Assembly (NCBI GenBank): GCA_028716705.1
Contig: JAQUPI010000001.1
Location: 1,614 to 65,613, forward strand
Direction of reading: 5' to 3'
From: Candidatus Omnitrophota bacterium
GTDB lineage: Bacteria > Omnitrophota > Gorgyraeia > Gygaellales > Profunditerraquicolaceae
DNA: 64,000 bases
A program made the position numbers and the translations under genes. This document shows, one piece after another, positions 47,940 through 56,400 of the stretch (position 1 is its first letter; the number at the start of each line of letters is the position of its first letter). The notes below the pieces were generated by a model. It saw only the letters and a program-made list of their open reading frames with translations, did not search any database and was not told the origin of the DNA.

Positions 47940-48859
47940 TGAATAAGAAGTTTTCCGACGAATTGCTAAGCAAGATCGTCGCGCTTAAAAAACAACGCAA
48001 CGCCATAATCCTGGCGCATAACTATCAGCTTCCCGAGGTCCAGGACGCAGCTGATTTTCACGGGGATTCCCTGGAATTGAGCCGCGCGGCGGCAAAGACC
48101 GACGCCGAAGTGATCGTTTTCTGCGGAGTGCACTTTATGGCGGAGACGGCTTCTATCCTCTGTCCCCAGAAAAAAGTGATCATGCCCGACTTATCCGCCG
48201 GATGCCCGATGGCGAACATGATGTCTGCCGCGCAACTCAGGGATTTAAAGAAGGCGCACCCAAACGCGGCGGTGGTTGGTTATGTCAACACTTCCGCTGA
48301 GGTTAAAGCCGAATTGGACGTATGTTGTACTTCCACCAACGCGGTAGCGGTGGTCAATGCCCTTAAAGACAAGGAAGAGATCATCTTTGTCCCGGATAAA
48401 TACCTGGCGGACTACGTGTCAAAAGTAACAGGCAGGCAGCTTATTTCCTGGAACGGTTTCTGCCCCACCCACATAAAGATCCTGCCCGAAGATATCAAGC
48501 GCGAAAGAAGATTCCATCCCTTCGCCAAAGTAATGGTGCATCCGGAGTGCCTGCCGCAGGTAGTCTCGATAGCTGACGCCGTTCTTTCCACGAGCAGGAT
48601 GTGTAAATTCGCCAAGGAAAGCGACGTAAAAGAGTTCATCGTCGGCACAGAAGTGGGTTTAATATACCGCTTGAAGCAGGATAACCCCAAGAAAGAATTT
48701 TATCCCGCTTCCGAGAGGGCGGTCTGCCCGAATATGAAGCGCACCACCCAGGAGAAAATTCTCTGGGCTTTGGAAGAGCTCAAAGAAGAAGTGAGGGTTT
48801 CTGATGACATCCGGGCGCGTTCGAAGAAAGCCATAGACAGGATGCTCGAGATAGTTTAA
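47936..48859 (+). CDS. nadA: Quinolinate synthase
   Basis: NadA-like three-repeat body with conserved Cys (FCGVHFMAE...CPTH...CPNMKRT). Confidence 0.85.
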   Translation: MMNKKFSDELLSKIVALKKQRNAIILAHNYQLPEVQDAADFHGDSLELSRAAAKTDAEVIVFCGVHFMAETASILCPQKKVIMPDLSAGCPMANMMSAAQLRDLKKAHPNAAVVGYVNTSAEVKAELDVCCTSTNAVAVVNALKDKEEIIFVPDKYLADYVSKVTGRQLISWNGFCPTHIKILPEDIKRERRFHPFAKVMVHPECLPQVVSIADAVLSTSRMCKFAKESDVKEFIVGTEVGLIYRLKQDNPKKEFYPASERAVCPNMKRTTQEKILWALEELKEEVRVSDDIRARSKKAIDRMLEIV

Positions 48860-49489
48860 GTGAATATCCCCATCGTCTTCGAAGATGAATGGCTTTTGGT
48901 ATTGAATAAACCTTCCGGACTGCTTACCGTACCCACCCCCAAAATGGAATCCCGCACACTGAGCAGTATCCTTAATGATGACCTGAAAGAAAGAGGCATC
49001 GCCTACCGCTTATATCCCTGCCACCGCCTGGACCGGGAAACATCAGGCCTGATCATTTACGCTAAAGGAAAATCCATACAGAAAAAAATGATGGATGAAT
49101 TCAGGGGGAAAACGATAAAAAAAACATACATCGCTTTCTTACGCGAAAGCCCCCCCAAAGATAAAGGGAGGATCGTTTGTCCCATAGAAGGCCAAAACGC
49201 GCTTACCGAATACAGGGTTATCGAAAAGCGCAAAGGCTTCAGCGTGGCTGAAGCGATGCCGTTGACCGGCAGGACCAATCAGATAAGGATACATTTTAAA
49301 CAGATAGGGCATCCTTTGATAGGCGAGTCAAAATTCGCCTTCCGGAGGGATTTTAAGATCAAGGCAAAGCGCGCCATGCTGCATGCTAAAAAACTGGAGT
49401 TTATCCATCCAGTAACGCGTAAATTGTTATCTCTTAAGTCGCCTTTGCCGACTGATATGCTGGATTTTCTAAAAAGACATGAAAATTAA
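48860..49489 (+). CDS. RluA-family pseudouridine synthase
   Basis: GTG start; HRLDRETSGL catalytic Asp motif. Confidence 0.75.
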   Translation: MNIPIVFEDEWLLVLNKPSGLLTVPTPKMESRTLSSILNDDLKERGIAYRLYPCHRLDRETSGLIIYAKGKSIQKKMMDEFRGKTIKKTYIAFLRESPPKDKGRIVCPIEGQNALTEYRVIEKRKGFSVAEAMPLTGRTNQIRIHFKQIGHPLIGESKFAFRRDFKIKAKRAMLHAKKLEFIHPVTRKLLSLKSPLPTDMLDFLKRHEN

Positions 49490-50735
49490 TTCCGGGAAAA
49501 CGAAAAGGGGATTTTTGATATTTTCCTGGGCTCTGTATGACCTGGCGAACCAGTTTTTTGCCCTGAATATCGTAAGCCTGTATTTTGTGCGCTGGATAAC
49601 CCTTGAGATGGGGGCTCCGGAGATTTTTTACAGCATAGCGTTCGGAGTGTCTACGCTTTTCGTGGCTTTAGCGGGCCCAATCCTCGGGACGATCTCAGAC
49701 ATGACAGGCAGGCGCAGGTTCTTTCTGGTGAGCCTTACCCTTTTATCCGTCCTTTTTACCATGATGCTGGGTATGTATCAAAACATCATATACGCTTTAT
49801 TGATATTTATCATAGCCAATTTCGGATGCCAGACGGCGATCGTTTTCTATAATGCCATTCTTGTAAATATCACTCCCCGGCGCAGGGTCGGGCTGGTATC
49901 GGGATTCGGCAAGACCATGGGATATACGGGGGCCATAGCGGCGTTATACCTCATAAAGCCGTTCGTTTTAAAGAGCGGATACCGGGCTACATTTTTTCCC
50001 ACCGGGGTCTTATTTTTGCTCTTCGCTTTACCCTGCATGCTTTTTATAAAAGATAGGCCGCCCACTCAGGCGCTGGCGTGGAGTTATTTCGGGAAGAAAA
50101 AATTAGCCGAGATCTTTTCGATCCTGAAAACAACCGCGTTTGATACATATAAATTCCCGGGGCTTTTGGATTTTCTGAAGGCCTCATTTTGCGGTTTGTG
50201 CGCGGTGAACGCGGTCATTCTGTTTATGTCGATATATGCCACGCGCGCCTTTGGTTTAAATGAGGCCGGGGTGATCGCTTTGGTTTCTTACTCGACGCTC
50301 TTTGCCATCGGCGGAAGCTTCCTCTCCGGTTTCATCAGCGACTATTTCGGCCACAAACGCAGCCTGATAGCGGTATTTATCCTGTGGGGTATTTCTTTTA
50401 CGCTGGGGGCGTTTGTCAGGGATCCGCGCTGGTATTTGGCCATAGGCGCGCTGACCGGCGCCTCTTTGGGTTCGACATGGGTGGTTTCGCGCGCCATGGC
50501 AATAAATATCGTGCCCGCGCACAAGGTAGGAGAAGTATTCGGGCTCTTTAACCTTGTGGGTTACTTTTCGGCTATCATAGGCGCTTTCTTCTGGGGAGCG
50601 ATCATCTTTTTCCTTTCCCGTTTCGGCGAATCAGGGTACCGCATCGCGCTTGTCAGTTTAAATCTGTTCCTTGTCCTGGGGGTTCTCTTCCTTTTGCGCA
50701 TACCTGAAGATAGAAAAAAACCGGATGAGCCATGA
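49479..50735 (+). CDS. MFS transporter, LplT-like (lysophospholipid transporter) by context
   Basis: About 12 TM segments; ATGA overlap with the downstream Aas-like gene, mirroring E. coli lplT-aas. Confidence 0.6.
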   Translation: MKINSGKTKRGFLIFSWALYDLANQFFALNIVSLYFVRWITLEMGAPEIFYSIAFGVSTLFVALAGPILGTISDMTGRRRFFLVSLTLLSVLFTMMLGMYQNIIYALLIFIIANFGCQTAIVFYNAILVNITPRRRVGLVSGFGKTMGYTGAIAALYLIKPFVLKSGYRATFFPTGVLFLLFALPCMLFIKDRPPTQALAWSYFGKKKLAEIFSILKTTAFDTYKFPGLLDFLKASFCGLCAVNAVILFMSIYATRAFGLNEAGVIALVSYSTLFAIGGSFLSGFISDYFGHKRSLIAVFILWGISFTLGAFVRDPRWYLAIGALTGASLGSTWVVSRAMAINIVPAHKVGEVFGLFNLVGYFSAIIGAFFWGAIIFFLSRFGESGYRIALVSLNLFLVLGVLFLLRIPEDRKKPDEP

Positions 50736-53392
50736 ATAAAACATTAACGATCCCCGCCATCTTTAATGAAGTCGCTTCCAAGTTTTCCGATAAGACAGCC
50801 CTGAAGATCAAGCGCGACGGAGATTGGTTCAAACTTAGATACAGCCAGGTCAGGGAAAACGCCTTAAAAGTAGCGGCGTTCCTGATTAAGGAAGGTTGCA
50901 GGAAGAATGACGCCGCCTGCATTATTCTAGAAAATTGTCCGGAATGGCCGGTGATTTATCTGGGTATCGTCTACGCGGGCTTGACCTGCGTCCCCCTTGA
51001 CGCGCACTTAACCGGCCAGGAAGTAAAAAGCCTTGCCGCCGATAGCGGGGCAAAGATATTATTTTGCTCACGCGAGATATATTCAAGTAAAATTGAAAAA
51101 AATATCGGAGACGATAGAATTAAGCCCTTTGTCCTGGAAAACTTTTCCGATATAGAAAACATCACGGCTCCGCCGGCCTTTTTGCCGGAGGTCGATCCGG
51201 ATGATATAGCCTCTTTAATTTATACCTCAGGAACTACCGCGCTTCCCAAAGGGGTCCTATTAAGCCACAATAACATATGCTCAAACGCCATGAGCCTTCT
51301 AAAACTGGATATCTGCCTGGAATCGGATAGCACGCTTTCCATTCTGCCGTTACATCATACTTACGCCTTTATGGTTGCCTTGGTCGTGCCTCTTTTCTTA
51401 GGGGCGACAGTCACATATTGCCCCAGTTTTAAGGCTGAAGACATAAGCCGGACCATAAGAGAAGGCCGGATCTCTATTTTTCCGGGCGTGCCGCAGCTTT
51501 TTTCCATGCTGCATAAAGCAATATCCGAACGCGTGAAGAAAATCCCTCGCGTCCTCCTATTCTTTTTATTGCCTTTTATCCGGCCAAAGATACGCCAGGA
51601 GCTCGGTAACAGCTTGAGGCTTTTGGTCAGCGGCGGAGCAAGGCTTGACCCGCGAACCGGCCGCGGCTTATCGCGCTTACTTGGCATCAAGATGGTCGAG
51701 GGCTACGGCTTGACGGAAACTTCTCCTGTCGTGACTTTAAACCCGGTCAAGAAAATAAAATTCGGCTCTGTGGGCTTACCTATTCCGGATGTCCAGATCA
51801 GGATTTTGAACCCGGATAGATCGGGAGTGGGGCAGGTGCTGATCAAGGGCCCGAATGTAATGCGCGGATATTTTAAGCATCCTGAATGGAGCCGGGCTGT
51901 GATAAAAGACGGCTGGTTTTATTCCGGGGACCTGGGCTATATCGACGCGGAGGGCTACCTTTTCCTTGTCGGCCGGGAGAAGGACGTGATCGTATTGAGT
52001 TCAGGGAAGAATATTTATCCTGAGGAATTGGAAGAATATTACGGTAAGAGCCCGTTCATAAAGGAAATTTGTATTATGGACGTAAAGCAGGAGCGGTTCG
52101 GCCAATTGATCGATACCCTTCAGGCGGTAGTGGTCCCGGACCTGGAATATTTCAAGCGCAAGAAAATGTCTGATGTGCAGGGAAAGATCCGCTGGGAACT
52201 GGAAAACCTCGCCAGCGCCCTGCCCTCCCACAACCACATTATGGGGTTTATCCTCACCAAGGATGAATTGCCGCGGACGGCACTGAGGAAGATCAAAAGA
52301 TATAAGGTTAAGGAGAAATATTTTTCCAGAGGAGAACCCAACGGGAAACCCAATGGCGAAGGCCGCCTTGAAGCCGCGCAGGAGGCGGTTTTTTCCGAAG
52401 AAGACGCCAGGCTCCTGGATAAAGAGGTCGCCAGAAAGACCATTGATTATATTTCCAGAGAGATAAAAAGACCAGTAAATCTCAACAGTCATCTTGAGAT
52501 AGACCTGGGAATAGATTCCTTGACCAAGGTGGACCTGGCGCTGGGGCTGGAAGAACTTTTTAAGGTCAAACTCCCTGAAGAATTATTCTATAGCATCTCC
52601 ACCATCAAAGAACTTATTATAAAGCTCTCCGAAATAACCGGCGAAGGCCGGCATAAAGCCGATGAAACACGAAAAACCTGGAGCCAGATCCTTTCCAAGC
52701 CTTCGGATAAGAAATTACAGGCGGAGCCGCGTTTCGCGGATAAGTTATTCACCCTCGCGTGCAAAATTTCATTTACAATTATTTTAAAAGTCTTTTGGCT
52801 GTTGAAGGTAAAAGGGAGGGATAATCTGCCCGCATCCGGGCCTTATCTGGTTTGCCCCAACCACGCCAGCTATTTAGACGGATTTTTTGTTTTTATCGGC
52901 CTTTCCCGCAGGCTTACTGACCTATTCTTCCTGGGTTATAGCGACATTCTGGAACATCCCCTTTTAAAATGGGCGATCAAGCCGGCAAGGCTTATCCCGA
53001 TCGACCCAAATACAAACTTAACAGACGCCATGCAGGCGGTATCTTATCTGCTTTCACAGGGGAAGATCGTTTGTATCTTTCCCGAAGGAAGGCGCTCTAT
53101 AAATGAGAACATAGGAAAGTTCAAAAAAGGAATAGGGATATTGATCAGGGAGCTGAATATTCCCGTCGTTCCGGCCTATATTAAAGGTTCGTATAAGTCT
53201 TGGCCCAGGACGAAGCGGTTCCCGCGTTTTTATCCGGTAAAGGTAATTTTCGGGCGGCCGAAGACAGCGAAAGACCTGTTAGAAGGAAAGGCCGGCAAAG
53301 ACGATTATGAGACCATTGCGGCTAATTTAAGGGAAGAGGTCATAGGATTGGCGGATCCACAAAATTTACAGAAAGTAGACTCAAACCATTGA
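50732..53392 (+). CDS. Tri-domain acyl-AMP ligase (FadD-like) / acyl-carrier (phosphopantetheine-binding) / PlsC-type lysophospholipid acyltransferase fusion (Aas-like with permuted domain order)
   Basis: AMP-binding motif YTSGTTALPKGV; carrier DLGIDSLTKVDL; acyltransferase HxxxxD (CPNHASYLDG) and FPEGRRS blocks. Confidence 0.75.
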   Translation: MNKTLTIPAIFNEVASKFSDKTALKIKRDGDWFKLRYSQVRENALKVAAFLIKEGCRKNDAACIILENCPEWPVIYLGIVYAGLTCVPLDAHLTGQEVKSLAADSGAKILFCSREIYSSKIEKNIGDDRIKPFVLENFSDIENITAPPAFLPEVDPDDIASLIYTSGTTALPKGVLLSHNNICSNAMSLLKLDICLESDSTLSILPLHHTYAFMVALVVPLFLGATVTYCPSFKAEDISRTIREGRISIFPGVPQLFSMLHKAISERVKKIPRVLLFFLLPFIRPKIRQELGNSLRLLVSGGARLDPRTGRGLSRLLGIKMVEGYGLTETSPVVTLNPVKKIKFGSVGLPIPDVQIRILNPDRSGVGQVLIKGPNVMRGYFKHPEWSRAVIKDGWFYSGDLGYIDAEGYLFLVGREKDVIVLSSGKNIYPEELEEYYGKSPFIKEICIMDVKQERFGQLIDTLQAVVVPDLEYFKRKKMSDVQGKIRWELENLASALPSHNHIMGFILTKDELPRTALRKIKRYKVKEKYFSRGEPNGKPNGEGRLEAAQEAVFSEEDARLLDKEVARKTIDYISREIKRPVNLNSHLEIDLGIDSLTKVDLALGLEELFKVKLPEELFYSISTIKELIIKLSEITGEGRHKADETRKTWSQILSKPSDKKLQAEPRFADKLFTLACKISFTIILKVFWLLKVKGRDNLPASGPYLVCPNHASYLDGFFVFIGLSRRLTDLFFLGYSDILEHPLLKWAIKPARLIPIDPNTNLTDAMQAVSYLLSQGKIVCIFPEGRRSINENIGKFKKGIGILIRELNIPVVPAYIKGSYKSWPRTKRFPRFYPVKVIFGRPKTAKDLLEGKAGKDDYETIAANLREEVIGLADPQNLQKVDSNH

Positions 53393-53416
53393 CAAATTTC
53401 GGCTTAGTAGTAGAAT
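53389..53416 (+). promoter_or_regulatory. Sigma70-like promoter TTGACA-N16-TAGAAT upstream of the rhs gene
   Basis: -35 53389-94 (overlaps the upstream stop), -10 53411-16; RBS GAAAGGA before ATG 53472. Confidence 0.45.
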
Positions 53417-53471
53417 GCTGACAAATTAAGAGATTGTTCTTGGTTATTTATTAAAACTCAGAAAGGATCCA

Positions 53472-56400
53472 ATGTCTGAGATAAAAGCCAAGGAAATAAG
53501 AACAAAACTCAGGGTCATATTTATGACCCTATTTTTTTGCCTGTTTAGTAAGCTTGCATTTGCAGAAACCACAGCCAGTATATCCGTATCCGGAAGCAGA
53601 GGCGTCATTGATATTTCAACATCCACTTTTTTTTCTGTGGACCCGGATACCGGAAGGACCGGCGGGACTGTAGCCATATACAGGGACAGTTCCAAGATCT
53701 ACGAAGCCTCTACTACAAAATATCCCTCTTGGGCTTATTCTTTTAGATACAGCACGATAGAGTTTATTGATGGCTCCCATACTTTTTCGGTCGTCGCTAC
53801 TTCGTGGGACGGCTCCTCTGCTTCAGATTCGCAAGCAATTCAGACAGATAATTCCCCCCGAATAAATATAATCTCTCCGCAAGGCGAAACGCGAGGAGTA
53901 GTAGACGTTAACATATCCTACAGCTACCCAAGCAGTCATAACACTTCTCCCAATATGTACCTTGATTTATACACAAATCCCGCTAATCCGAATCCAAGCT
54001 ATACCATGTATCTTGCCCTGAGCAATACCGCTGAAACGCAAGGAAACTGGATTCTTAAAATCGATACCACTGCTTGGAGAGACGGGGCCAGGACCATAAG
54101 GGCTGTTACCAGGAATATCAGAAACGCGGTGACTGCCACCTCGGATGTCGTGAGTAATAACACCCCTTATGTCATTTTATCTCCCGGAGACGGAAAAATA
54201 ACGAGAGGGATAATTCCCGTCAATGTAACTTACAGCTTTCCCAGCACTGCTTCAGCTGTAGGTATTCCCAATGCATATTTGACTTTTTATATCGATAATG
54301 TCGCGAAAAGCGCATATTGGTTCGCTTTAAGCGATACTTCCGAGACTACGGGCATTTGGAGCTTTAATATAGATACGAGTAATTGGGCGGAAGGCAGCGC
54401 TCATACTTTAAAAATTACAACACTGACGCACCCCAACCAGGCTATCATGGTCTCGAATGTAATAGTCGCAAAGAAAACTACCGAAGTCCCGCTCACCCGT
54501 CTTCTTTCCAAGGATAAGGGCACGGTTGTGGGCGAGCCAATCAATGTGGCTACCGGCAATATGTTCACTTCGCAAACCGATATCCTCATTCCTGGCCGCG
54601 AGATCCCGCTTGAGCTCTCCCGCACCTATAACAGCCAGGATGACTTTGGAGGGCAATTCGGTTATGGCTGGCGCTCTAATTTTGATATCGTTTTAACCGA
54701 TGAATCCGACCGGGTCATTGAGGTGGATGAAACAGGGGTCTATACCATTTACGATAAGGATTCCGATGGAACCTATAAACCCTCAGCCGGGAAATATTCT
54801 GTTTTAACCAAGAATCCCGAAGGAACCTATACGATATTAAGGAAGAGCGGCCGTAAACTCTACTTTGACAGCCAGGGTTGGCTTATAAAAATAGGAGGCA
54901 GGAACGGGAACTTTATCAATATCCTGCGCGACTCCAACGGCACGATAACAGAGATCAGCGACGCCTCAACCAGGAAATTATTATTTACCGCTGACAGCCA
55001 GGGAAGGATTGTCCGGGTAACTGACCAGCAGGAAAGAACCTTTAAATACGAATATGACACAAACGGCGATCTCATCAAAACCATTGACCCCTTAAATCAG
55101 GAGACTCTTTATCAATACGATAGTAATCACAACCTCATCCGGCAAACCGATGCCAATAGCCATTCGTTATACTTTGAATACGATTCCTCTGATCGCGCCT
55201 ATCATTCCTGGCAGGATGAGCATAATAATGAGGTGACTTTATCCTTTGACCCGGAAAATAAGACTACCATTACAACCGATTCTTTAGGCAATGCTACTAA
55301 ATACGAATATGACGATTACGGCTTAGTTACCAAAATCACCGACAGCCAGAATAAGGTCCAGAGTTTTATCTGGGATAGCGACTTAAATAAAACCGCATCC
55401 ACTGACCAGAATGGGAACACCGCTCTTTTCACCTATGACTCAAGGGGCAACCTCTTGACCGTAAAAGACCCGCTCAATAACACCGCCGCCTTTACCTATG
55501 AGCCGGATTTTGACCTGGTAAGCTCTATTACGGATGCCCTGGGAGCTGTCACGCAGTATACCTACGATGCCAGAGGTAATTTAATTAAAATAAAAGACGC
55601 CCTGGATAATGCCACTGACTGCATTTACAATGTGCAAGGAGACCTTATCCAGCTAAAAGACGCGAACAATAATATTACTAATTTTACCTATGATGCTTTT
55701 GGCAATCTCGCCCAGGCAGTTGATGCCCTGAATAACCCTACAAGCTTTACTTATGATATACTTGGCAACCTCGTTCGGACTACGGATGCCGTAGGCAACG
55801 CTACTCAATTTACCTACGATGCGTTAAACCGGCTTATCCGGATAACTTACCCGGATAATTCCCAGGCAGCCAGGGCTTATGATCCCGTAGGTAATTTGAT
55901 AACCTCTACTGATCCTAACAACCAAATCACCAGCTATGCCTATGATACAGTCAACCGCCTCATCCAGGTAACCGATCCTCAAGGCAATATTACTCAATGT
56001 GCTTATGACAGCGAAGGAAACCGCACCTCTGCCGTTGATGCCGCGGGAAACGTTCAGAGGTATTTCTACGATAGTTTAAACCGGCCAATCCGCACCCTTG
56101 ATGCTTTAAATAACCAGGCCAATTTTGTTTACGACCCTGCGGGAAATCTTATTTCCCGGACCGATGCCAATGGCAATACCATAAACTATACCTATGATTC
56201 CCTGAACCGTCTGCTCAAAAAACAATACCCGGATTCAACCGAGGAGGCTTTCGACTATGATCCCCGGGGAAATATGCTCAGCTGTTCTGATCCTGAGATC
56301 TCCTATAATTTGAGCTATGACGCGTTAGGCAGGCTAATCGATCTAACCGATTCGAATAACGCGAAGCTTTCCTACGCCTATGATCCCGTGGGAAATAAGA

